This document shows positions 1 through 14,032 of a stretch of DNA of 64,000 nt, in pieces (the first letter of the stretch is position 1; every line of letters starts with the position of its first letter). The stretch spans positions 51,460,001-51,524,000 of the forward strand of contig OX597824.1 of NCBI GenBank assembly GCA_951406725.2, written 5' to 3'. The position numbers and the translations under genes were made by a program. The notes under the pieces are model-generated. The model had not been told where the DNA came from, did not search any database, and was given only the letters and a program-made list of their open reading frames with translations. Origin of the DNA: Octopus vulgaris (lineage: Eukaryota).

Positions 1-190
1 CACATATACGCAATTTGTTACAAACCTCTTGGCAAATCAATACGCTATTGTATTAACTTTCATCAATAGTTTTTCTATTGCAATGTTGTATGAGAGAAAA
101 ATGTGGACACCAACTCCATACGTTCACTTTTCTACTTTCATTTCATCTTCCACTGTTGCTCTTGGCGCTTCTCTCACGTCTGAAAATATT

Positions 191-662
<472 letters not shown>

Positions 663-975
663 ATTTCTTGTTCCTCTTGTTCCTTTTCTTTCCGCTTCTT
701 CAGCTGTTGTCACTTTTTCCTGGTCCTTTCCCTTCTCCATGCCTTCTTCACCTCCTCCTCACCTTTCTCCTCCTCATTCTTCATTTCTCATTGCTTTATT
801 GTTTTTGTTGTTTTGCTTTTCTTCGTTTCTCCTATTTCCGGTACAAATCCAATTCGACTTTTCCAATGACCTCCACCTATGTGCGTATGTCTATGTGTGT
901 GTGTGTGGTTGTTGGGGGGGGGGGTCGTGTGCGCACGCGCAATGTGTGTGAGTTTGTGTGAGATAGATAGATAGG

Positions 976-1017
<42 letters not shown>

Positions 1018-1139
1018 AAGGGAGAGAAAAAGAGAAAGAGAAAGTTTGTGTGTGTCTATAACAAAGAGAAAGCAGACTTCCATTGTAGAAGAGTTCCATT
1101 GCTGACGGTTATGCCGAGACATCTTTGTCAAATAGTATT

Positions 1140-1210
1140 ACAATTACCGCCATCTTTTGTTGACGACTCAACATGACTTTGTGTGACGTCACCAGTAATG
1201 GCGGTCGAGA
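1140..1210. promoter_or_regulatory. Candidate promoter with YY1-like and CRE motifs
   Basis: CCGCCATCTT (YY1, minus) at ~1147, palindromic TGACGTCA at ~1184 and AATGGCGG at ~1197, in a CpG-richer non-repeat patch. The minus strand reads AAG ATG GCG|gtaatt. Confidence 0.35.
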
Positions 1211-1404
1211 CAACGGCGAACGAATATCCGAGCCAAAAGGGAGAAACGGGTGTGTTGAAGAGGTGGAAGTGGAGGAGGAGGATTTGGTTTCTTTCCATGT
1301 CCTTGCTGTGCTTGTTACGGTTGAAAATTGTAGATACGGCATTTCTGTCTTGCTCCGTTATAATCGCTTCCATAACATCATTATCATCATCATCAACGTA
1401 ACAA

Positions 1405-1406
1405 TG

Positions 1407-1460
<54 letters not shown>

Positions 1461-1496
1461 GTAATAATAATAATAATGATGATGATGATAATAATA

Positions 1497-1540
<44 letters not shown>
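1405..1540. repeat. (AAT)n microsatellite
   Basis: Direct reading; abuts the 3' end of the adjacent LINE. Confidence 0.95.
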
Positions 1541-1541
<1 letters not shown>

Positions 1542-4500
1542 TATTTTTTTATTAACCACAGCACAGGACAAGAACAAAAAATGTGTGTATGTGTGTGTAT
1601 GTGTGTGAGTGTGTGTAGTTGTGAGGGTTTTGTATATAAACAAGACTATTAAGATTTAAAAAGAGAATGAGATCAACAATGTGCTATCCTCTATCGTGAG
1701 GAGACGTTCAAAGGCTGCTCATAGAAAAACCCCATAAAAATCATGGATGCCCTGACTTTTGGGGCAGATACCTTTTTTACTTTCCTTTTTTTTCCAACTA
1801 TAGGCGTATGCTCAGGGCAGGCTCGTTCACACGTACCATTCTCGTTGCTTTCAGCACCTTTCAGTAAACTGGCTAGAAGACAACACTTCCCTCTCTGCCC
1901 TTATTTTCCTTTTCAAGTAAAACTTGAAATTCATCAGGGATTGGCCAGAGAGAAAAGTGTTTATCTTCAGCTTCTTCAATTTTGTCCACCACACAACTTC
2001 TTTCGCCATGGCCACCAGGCATATAAAAACAGCCTTTCCTTTCCGGGATGATCTTCACAATGGATTCAGTTGATAGCTGGATCCGTCCTACACGCGACAG
2101 CAGGAGTTCGACATAAACTCACAGATCAGCAATGCTCGGGCACTGCATGAGTGCATGCAGGACCGTCTTGTCCTGTGCGCATCTCGAATATGCTCGGCCG
2201 ACGGTACTTCCGTGCCTGTAAAGTTTATCTCGAATAGGCAAAGCTCCCCGGTAGCAGCGCCAGGCCGGAGATTTTTGGAAACTATTCATTGGTCCCAGTC
2301 CAAAAGTTCTCCGGAAAAGAGCGACTAGCTGATCTTCGACGCCCAAGCTCTCCCCAAGAACGTCGTCGCATTTTTCTTCCACTAATCTTCTATAAAAAGC
2401 TAAAGTGAACGTTCCACCTGTCGCACTGGCTGATTAGCTGAGGGCTGTGAGCGCTTGAAGATATTCCACTTTTCCGCTTTCCAAATACTCCTCCTTGGTC
2501 TCTGTTTTACCCAGGACTGCAGCTCCGTTAAGGAAACTAGTTGGAGAAATACGTGTTTAGCAAACGGAGACCACACTTGCTCACCGTCAAGGAAGCACTG
2601 GAAATGTCGTAGCCTTAGCGTATGCCTGCACATCATCAATCACAGCATGCCCAGGCCACCACGCAGCGGGTGTTGACAGCAGATAAACCGCCTGACCACC
2701 GGAATACGTCCCTTCCCACAAGAAGCGGAAGAGTATACGCTCCAGCTTAATCAGACACTGACCAGGGCAAGGTACGACAGTCAGGCGATAGTAGGTGACG
2801 GATGCGATATACGCGTTTCTGCCCGACCTTTCAGGGATAGTTTTCTCTCGGCCCATTTCTGGGTGAGAGTAGTCACTCTGCTCCTTACCTCGTCCCTGTT
2901 TTGTCCATCTGGGGTTCCGGACCGAATCAGACTTGGAACAATTTAACCGGTCCAACCGTCCAGCGCCCAATGACGCAATTGGACGTCATGGGCTTGCTTC
3001 TCCGGACGCCAAGCCCACTGATTTTTTCCTGGCTAAGTGTTGCTCCTGAAACCGCCTCGTAGTCCCTGAGAGCGGTGCTGATCATTTCTGTGTATTTATG
3101 ATCCAACACCACTACAGTGACGTCGTCAGCTTATGCCGACACGCATCTCCCACGTCCTAGGTCATGCGGGATGTCTCTCAACGCTTCCGGTTTGTGTAGT
3201 AGTGGCTCGAGAATCAGTATATACAAGAGAGACGACAGGGGACAACCTTGCCGGACCGAGCACTTGATGCTGAATGATTCTGAGAGGCGACCGCTCTGTC
3301 TGACCACTGAACAGATGTCGCTGTGCATTGCAGCGATCCAGCCCCTGTAATCGCATGAGGTGGAGGTTGTCGTGGGAGGATCTTTTCAGAATGGCACATA
3401 TCCCCGACGACAAGCACCAACCTCGTAGCTAATAACTTGGCCAAAATTTTGAACTCTACATTCAGCATAGATATGAGCCTAAAGTTATGGGTCTTTTCTC
3501 AGCAACGCCACCACTCCACGGCTCACAAAACTAGGAATTCTCCCATTCTGTTGCCAGTTGCAGTAAACGTTTGTTAAGAGGTAACCTAACAAGTCTGGCA
3601 TGTAAACGTAAAGCTCGTAGGGAAGACCAGCCAAACCAGACGATTTACTCCTCATGCGGCGAGCCATATGCCGACATAACTCTCCCTAGGAAATCTCCGA
3701 TTTCCTGCGGGAATTGGGGTTTTTAAGTGTGTGTATGTTTTGTGTTAAGTGTATGTATGTTTTGTGTTCAGTTCGTAATGTTATTGTCTTTAGTTTGTGC
3801 TTCTTGTTGTTGTTGTTGTGGTGGTGGTGGTGGTTGCGTGTGTAGAATGGCTTGTGTTTTAGGTGTTAGAGGTGGTGGTGTCGATGTAGTGTTTGTTTTG
3901 GGCGTATTTGTTTTTGTTTTGATTTTTTTCCTCTCTACTTTTTGTGTGGATGAGGATTGTTGTTGTTTGTCCCCATGTTTATTTTTCCTTCTGTCTCTTT
4001 TACGTTTTCTTTTGTTTCTTTTTAACTGCCAATCCTCATCACGGTCCGTCTCTTCAGCTGTGATGTCCTCCCGCTTTGCCATAGGGAATGGAACATCTTC
4101 GGGCGCTGAGAAGTGTTTGGGTGAACTCGGTGTCAGTAAGGTTGTTGATGTTGGTGTTGGTGTTGCTACGGCTGAATCTACTGAAGGTGCTGCTGCTGTT
4201 GTAGTTGGAGTTCTGGCGGCCGTTATTGGTGTAGGGAGGAGAGGTGCCTGTCTCTCTTTTTCGTTTAGTTTAGAGTAGTCGGCTTTTAAATGCTTAGGGG
4301 AAAAGCAAAGGTGGCACTTTTCTTTTCTTCCATCTACCCTGACTGGAATTATACTGCCTACAGGAAGAAGGATCTGGTCTGGGATGGGATCTACATTCTT
4401 TTGTGTTGTTTGTATAAGGAGTTCTACGGTCATCCCAGACCAGTTCTTTTTGGTCTGATAGGCTTCAAGGATTTTCGAGTTTCCCTCGATGTCTATTATC

Positions 4501-5370
4501 ACTGCCGCAATTAGCCAAGGAATGGCTATTTCTGGCAACACCTGCTGAATTATAATTTTGGTCAGTCTCTGACCGCTGTAGTAAGAAACTAGCAACAGCT
4601 CTTCGCTTTTGAGGAGATTCAGAGCGTGCTGTTTGGCTTCTTCCTCGTAGTGGAATCTGTATATACTCCTTTAGATTTCAGACGGAACCTAAAGCTTCTT
4701 GTATTTGAGCCTCTGTGGCTTTTTCCACCCTCCTTGACTTTAACCCAATTGTACGGTACGTCACTGTGCGGCGTATCGTAGCCTGGATTATCTCAGGTGG
4801 TGTTTTCAACTTTACAACTATTTCGTCTCTCTCGATTAGCTGTCTAGCATCTTTAAGTTCCTCTTCGGAGAATCGTATTCTCTGAAGAGATGACTTGGTT
4901 ACTCCAGCGAAAGAAAGCTTTGAGAGACTGTTCTAAGCCGATGTACCGGTTTGTGTCTCAGCTCCTTCATAGTCTTTGTCATTGTTGTAGTTGCTTTTGT
5001 TACTGCCGTTGTTGGTTTTGTTGTTGCTGTTGACACCTTTGTTATTGTTTATGGTTGTGGTTGTTGATGGTGCTGCTGCTGCTGTTATTGTTGTTGTTGT
5101 TGCTGTTGCTGATGCTGTTGTTATTTATAGTTAACTCATCTGTTGCCTTTCATTGCTTACATTTTCGAAATTAATGCTTTCACTTCGAATAATGCTTTCA
5201 TTTCGAATAATCTTGTCAAAAACAGGGCCTTTCTTTTTCAAACGATCTTCTGAGTGATCCTTCTTGAAAAAATTGACTCAGTTGGCATTTTTGTCTTTTT
5301 TCGACAAAAATACAACTATCGTCTGTTTTTTGTTTGTTTTTTTTTTTCAGACCGAAGTCGCTTTGCACTC
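1541..5370 (-). mobile_element. Degenerate Tx1/L1-like non-LTR retrotransposon with the endonuclease region deleted
   Basis: ORF1 (3768-4595) has the zinc knuckle CHLCFSPKHLKAD and resembles ORF1 at 61244. ORF2 fragments include LLNVEFKILAK, SVRQGCPLS, VSA-ADD and C-terminal TVLHALMQCP. The 3' end reads AATAAAAAAA at ~1545. Confidence 0.9.
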
Positions 5371-5639
5371 ATGCTCGCCTTCAGATTGACGTTTGGTGAC
5401 GCTCCTCACTTTCTCCCCCTCTTTCACATAGTAGCGTCACCGTATTTTGTGTTTTCTCCATGTTGGTGGGGAAAACGCACACAACTGATCGGTTGTACTT
5501 GTTCAGAGGAAATGGTGGGGGAGGTTTGATCAGTTGTCGGGATTGTGTTGAAACAGAGGGAGACAATGTAGGGTGACATGTAAAAACTGCCGTGGAACCA
5601 CTGTTGATGCATGTTAAGAAGTCCGGCATCATCAAAACT

Positions 5640-6300
5640 AATAATTGTATTGAGAAAAAAAAATTTGAAAGAAAAAGAAATGGCATGGAAAGGGAAAAAA
5701 CGTACGGACAGTTTGCAAGAGTGCAAAGACAGATAGAGAAGGCTGGTGATTATGGATGTGGAGGAGTGACTCGAAGATAGAAGCAGAAGTATTTATATGC
5801 ATTGGGGACGAATTATGTTAAGTGCGAAATTGATAAAACAGCGACAAATACAGAATTTGTTGCAAGAAGGATGAAACAGTGTGGCACATTATTAGTGAAT
5901 GTCCTAAATCGGCACAAAGTGAAAACAAAAAGCGACATGACAATATGGCAAGACTGAACCATTGAGACCTTTGTGAAAGTTATGGCCTAAAAGGATTTTT
6001 TAAATAGTTAGATTAAATTCCAGGCGTTACTGAGAATAGGAATTGCAAAATCCTGTGGGATGCAATGATTCAACGTGACCGTCATATTAAACATCAAAAC
6101 CTTGACATTGTTGTAGTGAGCAGAAAAGAAAAAAAAAACATGCCTGATAATTGATATAGCATGTTCTAGTGACAACAGAATTGAAGGGAAAGAAGAAGGA
6201 AAAATGAACAACTATGAATTAATGTAGGAAATATGCAGGTTGTGGGAAATGAAGAAAATGGACCTGATAACAATGGGGATTGGTGCACTTGGAAGTATCA
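5640..6300 (+). mobile_element. Dong/R4-like (RLE-type) LINE 3' fragment
   Basis: ETVWHIISECPK..KRHDNMAR zinc motif, CLIIDIACSSDNRIEGKEEGK and IGALG, typical of RLE LINE C-termini. Confidence 0.75.
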
Positions 6301-8095
6301 GTACCCAACTACCAACATTCACCCACCTTTTAACAAACTTGCTGCAAGTCAGCACTTCTCTTTCAACCCTCACTTTCCTTTTCAGATGGTATCTGAAAAA
6401 GTTGATGAGGGGTAGGCCAAAGAGGAAAGTATTTGTCTTCAACCTTTTCAGTCTAGACCACCACACAACCTCCTTCGCTACAGCCACGAGACAGATGAAA
6501 ATTGCTTCCCCTTGCTGGTCAAAGGAAGTCGGCGGGGTAATCTCCTTTATGGAATTAGCCGACAGCATGTGTTCGACATAAACCCATAAATCAGATATGC
6601 TCGGGCACTGGACGCGAGCGTGCAGAACGGTTTCGTTGCTCTACGCACATCTCGGGCAGGTCCGACTGACGGTACTTCCTCAACTGTAGAGTTTATCTCG
6701 AACAGGTAAAGCCCCCTGTATCACTACCAGGCCAGGGATTTCTAGAAGTTATCCATAGGCCCCAGCCCGAAAGTCCTCCGGAACAGAGTGGCGAGTTGAA
6801 ATTCATCGACGCCTAAAGTCTACCCTAGAACGTCGTCGTTTCTTTTCACTAACCCTCAATACAATGCCATACTAGAACTTCCACTAACCGCACTGCCGGA
6901 CTGGCTGAGGAGCGTGAACGCCTGATGGCACTCAAGGTGCCAGACACTTAGCCTCGGTCTACGTTTGATCCAAGATTGCAGCTCAGTTAAAGGAACGAGC
7001 TGCGGGAAAGCGAGTCTGATAAACGGCGACCACACCTGCTCACCGTCATCGAGGAAACGCTGGATATGCCGCAACCTCAGCATATGTCTGCGCAGCAATA
7101 GGCGGCATACCCAGCCCACCGTTCATAGGGTGTTAACAGCAAATGGACCGCCTGACCCGCGGAGTCCGTCCTTTCCATAAGAGGCAGAAAAGCAAACGCT
7201 TCAGTTTGACCAGGTACAAACTGGGGAAAGGCACGACGGTGAGGTGGTTGTCAATGACGTATGTGTTCGCCAGCTCTACTCGACCGTTCAAGGATAGCTT
7301 CCTCTTGGCCCATTTCTTGGTGAGACTGGTTACCCTGCTCATCACCTCGCTCCAGTTCTTCTCCAGATGGAGGTCCGATCCGAACCAGACCCCGAGCAGT
7401 TCTTCTTGCAACAAATTCTGTATTTGTCGCTGTTTTATCAATTTCGCACTTAACATAATTCGTCCCCAGTGCATATAAATACTTCTGCTTCTATCTTCGA
7501 GTCACTCCTCCACATCCATAATCACCACCCTTCTCTATGTCTTTCGGTCGGCATGGATCTGCCTCTCCAGGTGCTGAGCTGCAGGCCCACCGTATTAACC
7601 CTTGCTCTCGTTACTTCCTCGCATTCTTTCACAGTAGTCCTGATCAGGTCTATGTGCTTGTCGTCCGACACTATGATGGTGACGTTGTCTGCATATGCCG
7701 ACACAACTCTTCCATATCCTAGTTCATGCGATACCTAACCCACGATGTTGAATGGTTCCGATAGGTTCACCCGAACTACCGAGAAAATGACTCTTTACAT
7801 GGCAGCGATCCAACCGCAGAAAACAGGACCGAAACCAGCCGCCGTGAGAACAGCCATCAGATATTGATGGCCAACCCTATCAAAGGCTTTTGACTGATCT
7901 AAATTAATCAGAAGCCCGCCCATACCAGGTTTCTTAACTACCCTATCCACGATGTAGTGCATAAAGTGGAGGTTGTCGTGGATGGACCTTTTTGGGACGG
8001 CGCATGTTTGTGCGTCTCCAACCAGTTTTCATATCTGCGTTAAGTAGAGTGATGGGCCTAAAATTATCTAATACCTCCCCTTTGTTTGGATCTCT
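6300..8095 (-). mobile_element. Tx1/L1-like ORF2 fragment (RT to C-terminus)
   Basis: DNFRPITLLNADMK, LDQSKAFDRV, SAYADNVT, LLGVWFG and KRKVRVERE; paralogous to 1541-3700. Confidence 0.88.
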
Positions 8096-8214
8096 CTCAG
8101 CAGTAGCACTGCTCCTCGGCTCACAGATTTGAGAATTCTCCCATTCTGTTTCCATAGTCAAAATAGAAGTGGAGAAATTGTCGAAGTAGAATGACTTCGA
8201 AATTGAAGTATTCA

Positions 8215-8735
8215 AAATGTCGGACATAAAGGTATAAACAATACCAATAATAATTGGAGCACTGGGCATGATAAAAAGAATCATATGAACAAAAATGTAG
8301 AAGCTAAACTTGGATCCTTAAAACTACACACTGTCCAAAAAATAGCCCTTCTAAGAACAGCCCATATCCTACGCAAGACACATCCATCCAATAATACAAC
8401 CTAAACAAAACAACCCACAAATACAAGACACACTCTATATAGCATTTACCCTGAGAAATAAACTCCCACCAGCAATCCAGAAAACAAAGCATTACACAGT
8501 AAAATGTATCCCTGTAGTTATCGATGCATAAGGAATTGTCTCTAAAGATTTGAACAGATGGATAGAGGAAATAGGCATAAAACTTAGTTTAGTGCAGCTC
8601 CAGAAAACAGTGTAATTAGGGACAGCTATGATACTTAGGGAAGTGCTTGGCACCTAAGGTTACTTGTAGCCCGATGTTAGGAACTTTTCTCTTCCAACAG
8701 TTTAATCTGTTGTGCATATATGAAATAATGATAAT
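8215..8735 (+). mobile_element. Two RLE-type (Dong/R4-like) LINE 3' ends
   Basis: TIPIIIGALGMI..QKIALLRTAHILRK, then IPVVIDA..QLQKTV.LGTAMILREVL followed by a short AAT tail. Confidence 0.65.
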
Positions 8736-9569
8736 TCTTTCTAATTTTTGGCACGTGGTAGGAATTATTTAGGGGAGCGCAAGATGATTACATCGACGCT
8801 AGTACTCAGCTGGTACTTATTTTATCGACCTTGAAATGCGAAATGTTAAAGTCAACCTTGGCTGCATTAAAGTTAATAATCATAATGATCATCGTTAGCT
8901 TTACCAACAGTTTTGCTAGCAGCCATCACAGACAGAAAGATGACCTTACTGTGCATTGCCAAAGCTACAGAGGCTTTTTCTTGTGGTTACCACACAATAG
9001 CTGGGGGTAAACTCGACGATACTCTTCAGTAAGGAAGAGTATGTGATTCAATGTGTTAGTTTAAAACTGAGGACATATTGAAGAAACAAATTTGTTCGTC
9101 ACACACACACGCACGTTTTTTTCCTATTGGCTAATCACACAATATTTGGGACGAAGGAGCAAAACAATATGGGTCATCGGTGACAGTGTTAACCCTTGGT
9201 TCATAGTCAACTTCAGAGCCCCATATGGGCTGGTGATCAACGCAGAGATAACTTTTGGTGATATGTGTGACTTTTATGGATGTACAAGTCTTCTTGAGCC
9301 CACAAAAACCACAAAATGACCCTGGAGTTGTAGTATGAGTGGGTGCCGAGAGAAAAATGTTAGGAATGGTCCTTCAGTCGTTTAAAATCTTTCTTTTCAG
9401 ATGAGCTGAAACAACAATAGCGACTCGCAGTAACTGTTGTTCATCAGAGTTGATCACCTCTACCTTAGTTCCTGAAGACTGCGGGAAAGTAAGCAAAGAA
9501 AACGGTAAAATAAAAAGAATATATTCCCAGAGAAGATAAGCATAAAATGTGAAAAGTTCAGCTACGATA

Positions 9570-9855
9570 GGCGCGAGCGTGGCTATGCGGTAAGATGTCT
9601 GCTTCCTAACCACATGGTTCCGTGTTCAGTCCCACTGCATGGAAACATAGGCAAGTGTCACCCTGTGAGTAGACTGGGTAGACGAAAACTACAAGAATCC
9701 TGTCGTGTGTGTGTGTGTGTGCATGCGTGCGTGCGTGTGCGTGCGTGCCCGAGTGTGTGTGTGTGTGTGTCTTCGGTTCGACAAAAGAATCCGATAAAAT
9801 TAGTAACAGGCTTTAAAAAAATATGTACTGGGGTTGCTTCGTTTGTGCCTTCTTC
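9570..9855 (+). mobile_element. tRNA-derived CORE-like SINE (family B)
   Basis: Head ggcgcgagcgtggctatgcggtaag, B-box-like gttcagtccc and an internal GT microsatellite. Related copies at ~19775-20160, 20925, 23878, 28630-29142, 38040, 44105, 50375, 50880 and 55100. Confidence 0.7.
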
Positions 9856-9859
9856 TTTC

Positions 9860-10510
9860 GGCCTAGATTGGGTGGTGTGACGGTTCTGCTTCGGAAGGCC
9901 CTGGACGTAAAGGTAAGTACGGTTTTCGTAAATCTGATGAGTAAGTTGATAATCTTGAATGTGGATAGCAGTAAATACGAGAGTAGAACTTCCAGATTAG
10001 TTGTGGTTTATGCCTCAAGAGAAGCCGAACGACCGGATTTCTTTAAACGCCAAGGAACAACTTGTTTCTTAATATTAGTGAACGAACGGGTAGAATGGGA
10101 TATTGGGTGCAGGTCAGGATTGTGTGGACGTGGTTAATTGAAGGGAGATGACTCGTCAGACTTGTCAGATAGGTTGTTTGCAATATCGTGTAGTTAACTA
10201 CAAAGACCACAAATCTGGGACCTCTACGTTCAACTTGGAAAAGACGAATAAAGAAGGATCCAATACTGGCAGTTGAAGGCGTCCTTCCCAACGATTTTAG
10301 GGACAGGATTAAGGAAGTAATTAAGCGGGAGTTGACTGAACGCTTCATCAACAACAGGTGGTGGATTTTGTTCCGAGAAAAATAATAGAAGCTTGCATTT
10401 GATTTGGGAAAGAGATGGTTATAGAGAACAAAATGATAAAAGAGTATTTTGATAGTAGTTTAGAAGAGGTGCATAGAAGGAACATACCAAATGTTGCCCT
10501 AGGAACGCTA
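9860..10510 (+). mobile_element. Tx1/L1-like APE endonuclease fragment
   Basis: GGVTVLLRKALDVKVSTVF..LIILNVD..RLVVVYA aligns with the ORF2 that starts at 62783. Confidence 0.75.
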
Positions 10511-10839
10511 ACACTGTGTAACACGATTTTTGTGTTTGGGTAGCAAACTAATATTTCCTATTTATTTATCCCTAGAAAGTATGAAAAATATTTCCTTCCA
10601 ACTTTGCGTTTGTTACGATATTCATTCAAACCCAAAAGAATCCCTCTCAACACATGGCTGTGTTGCTCACCCTCTACTTCTGCTCATGATCAGAGATACA
10701 CACATTGTCGATCACTAGTGGACATGCTCAAATGGTTAAGTTAAGCAATTGATAAGCAACTCTGTGGTATTGAACAGAATATTTGCTAATACGATATTTC
10801 TGCTTCAGCAACTCAGAGTTGAACCTGTTTGAAAAGTAA

Positions 10840-11390
10840 TGGAAAATGGGTTTCAGTTTCAAAACATTGATATCTAGGCCACAAAATCAAAGTTTGAACA
10901 GAATAATAGTCGTTTAACTTTGATTTTTAGATAAAAGCAAATAGGAAATAAAGCTTATCAACCAAAGACGAAAAAAGAAAAATTGGTTATACAGTGTAAT
11001 GATTCCTGCACAGTCTTTCTTTTTATTTATTTATTTTTGTCGGTGTAGAACATGAAGAATGTTTTGTACGACTTGTGAACACCGAGATGAACAAAATATG
11101 CGGTCTAGTGGGCTTTGCATAGACATGCATTTTCCATTGACCAGCGAAGATTCATCCCAGGGCAATGAAGGATTGATTCAGTATTTGAAGCCGATGATGC
11201 AGAAACGCGGGCATTCATCATTCATAGCCCAATTATGTTTTCTTACACATTTTCTACGAGGAGGATTTTCTTATGAGACTATTTCCGAGATGAAAGATCT
11301 TCCTGCGTCTAGTGTAAACGAATTTGTTAAGTGTGATTATACACACATACATTTCATTAAACGCTGCTTCGTTCGCCTCCAGTATATATG

Positions 11391-11435
<45 letters not shown>

Positions 11436-11599
11436 ATGCATATATATATGTATACATGTGTGTATGCATGTATACATGCATGCATACATACATACATGCA
11501 TACATACATACATGTATACATACATACATACATGTATACATACATACATACATACATACATACATACATACATACTTACATGTATACATACATACATAT

Positions 11600-11634
<35 letters not shown>

Positions 11635-11737
11635 CATACTTATATACATACATATATATTGGAGGCGAACGAAGCAGCGTTGAATGAAATGTATGTGTTT
11701 ATAATCATACTTAACAAATTTGTTTACACTAGACGCA
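10840..11737 (+). mobile_element. Penelope-like 3' remnant with an inverted terminal copy around a microsatellite
   Basis: 11304-11392 is inverted at ~11648-11737. A degenerate hammerhead-like motif lies at 11186-11217. Upstream FQFQNIDI.ATKS resembles a GIY-YIG C-terminus. Confidence 0.5.
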
Positions 11738-12043
11738 TACATGTATACATACATATATGCATACATATATGTATGTATACATGTATGCATGCATATATGT
11801 ATACATGCAAATATGTATGCATGCATGAACGTATGCATACTTTCATGAATGCATGTATATATGCATTCGTGAATGTATGTACGCTATGGGATCGAACCCT
11901 GAACCGCGTAGTCCCGAAGCCAGTTACTTAACCGCACAACCATACTTGTGCCAATAGTCTATTAGGGAAAAGCCCAACAACCATTCATAGGGAGAATATT
12001 ATTTTAGTGAATTTTATTAGATGTTGCGCTGCTGGTGCTCATG

Positions 12044-12094
<51 letters not shown>

Positions 12095-13359
12095 AGGGAG
12101 ATGTAAAAAACAAAATCCAGCTTTGAGGATATAAGAACCAAAAGTAACAAGAGAAAGCATTGTAATATAGTTCATCGACGTTTGCTCAACAGTCTTAGCC
12201 GTCCCCAAATATCACATCAACGGTAGTTTTAAATCTATTTTATTCTAGCGTGCTTTCAAGCAATTCGAATAAATCCTTCAATCAGAACTCACACAGAGCA
12301 AGGGGAATAAGTAGGAAAAGTGTAAGGGACAAAACTCTTCCTGTTTTATGTTATATCGGGAGAGAATCTTAATACCTAATTATCTAACCCACTTACCGAT
12401 TCGAGTTCCAGTCATTTATTATATTTTTTCTTCTAAAATTTTCGTTGCCTTTTGCAACTTTGTCCATGAATGCTGACTCTCTTCTTGTTTTGATATTTAC
12501 TTTCCATTAAATAAGTTTGATAGCATGCTTGCAATATGTTTTCTTTATTTTTTTATATATATATATATATTTCATTATTTTTTGTTTCTTTCTGAGTTGC
12601 ATGCAACTTTATAAGGGTATGTTAACTACATTATTAAGACTGCGAGCTGCAAAATCGTTAGTACGCCAGGCAAAAGGCTTTAGGCATTTTCGCCAGTCTT
12701 CACTTGATAAAATAAATACCAGTGGAGCACTCCCCTGAAATTGCTGGCCTTGTGCCAAAATTTGAAATCTATTCTAGCTACATTATTAGTATTTAGTATA
12801 TGAGTAAATATTAACTCAATATAAATATTAGCTTAACATAAATATTAACTATTGTCTATTTACATTAGCTTAAAAGTATAATTTATAAATCTAAAAGCAT
12901 TTCATTACAATTTTTTCTACAGAAAGTTTTTCTACAAAGGAACAATAAAGCACAATAAGTGGATTTCCATTTCAACAAGTGTATCCACTTGTTTGCTTGA
13001 CTCAGCTCCTTGGTCATTCAGTTAGCAGTTAAATCTCAGGCAGTCAGTGTGCTAACTGCAACACAACTATAGACTTAAATTTCACTTTCTATCTCCCTAA
13101 TTTCACTCCCAAGGATACAAATTCCCTACAAATTGTAAACCATGTGACACTATAAGATACTGATATACTTCAACATTTTCAATACTCTGAGTTTCCTCCT
13201 AAAATGGTTGCAATGACAAAAGACTGAGATCTCTGGAGATATGCTGTGATTGCAAAGACCCAACAAATAACATGAGTTCATGGCTGTTTCCTGCATCAGT
13301 TTCACATAGCAGCCCCAGCCCATCCAAAGTACCTTGGATCTCAGAACAGCCTGCACTGC

Positions 13360-13790
13360 TTACCTTGGATCATAGGGTAACCTGCTGTGCTTGAGGAGAC
13401 CTATTGAGTCAAGTACATCAACATCAAAATAAAAAAATCGAATGGAATTTGTAGTTGTGATACCTGTGCCGGTGGGCACATAAAAAGCACCATCCGAACG
13501 GGGCTGATGCCAGCGCCGACTTGACTGGCTTCCATGCCTGTGGCACGTAAAAAGCACCAACCGATTGTAGCTGCTGCCAGCCTCCTCTGGCACCTGTGCT
13601 GGTAACATGTAAAAAGCACCCACTACACTCACGGAGTGGTTGGCATTAGGAAGGGCATCCAGCTGTAGAAACACTGCCAGATCAGACTGGAGCCTGGTGC
13701 AGCCTCCTGGCTTCCCAGACCCTGGTCGAACCATCCAACCCATGCTAGCATGGAAAATGGACGTTAAACGATGATGATGATGATGATGAT
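13360..13790 (+). mobile_element. 5'-truncated RTE LINE 3' end with (GAT)n tail
   Basis: Matches the 3' UTR of the RTE at 26269. Other copies at ~32410-32765, 36195-36645, 38195-39110, 43530-43815 and 44697-44890. Confidence 0.8.
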
Positions 13791-14032
13791 TACTCACACC
13801 CACACTGAAGGCATCAAGGTTTCTTGATTTCATATTTCTTCTTATTTTTATACACAGCTACCTTTCCCCAAAGGAAAAGAAAAATATATATGTGAAATAG
13901 TGTGAATTTGGGAAAGAAATAAAAGAGCAAATCATGTATCTTAAACCTTTTATATTTGTTTTATTCAGAATCAACAGTTGTTTATTTGATATTCAAATAT
14001 ATGTTGTCCTTTCACACCTGTCTACCATAAAT

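Noticed and set aside
3727-4278. 183-aa plus-strand ORF
   Set aside because: Antisense shadow of the low-complexity LINE ORF1; the same applies at 61803-62618.
11059-11931. 290-aa ORF
   Set aside because: Mostly TACA/TA repeats and the inverted arms; no domain signal.
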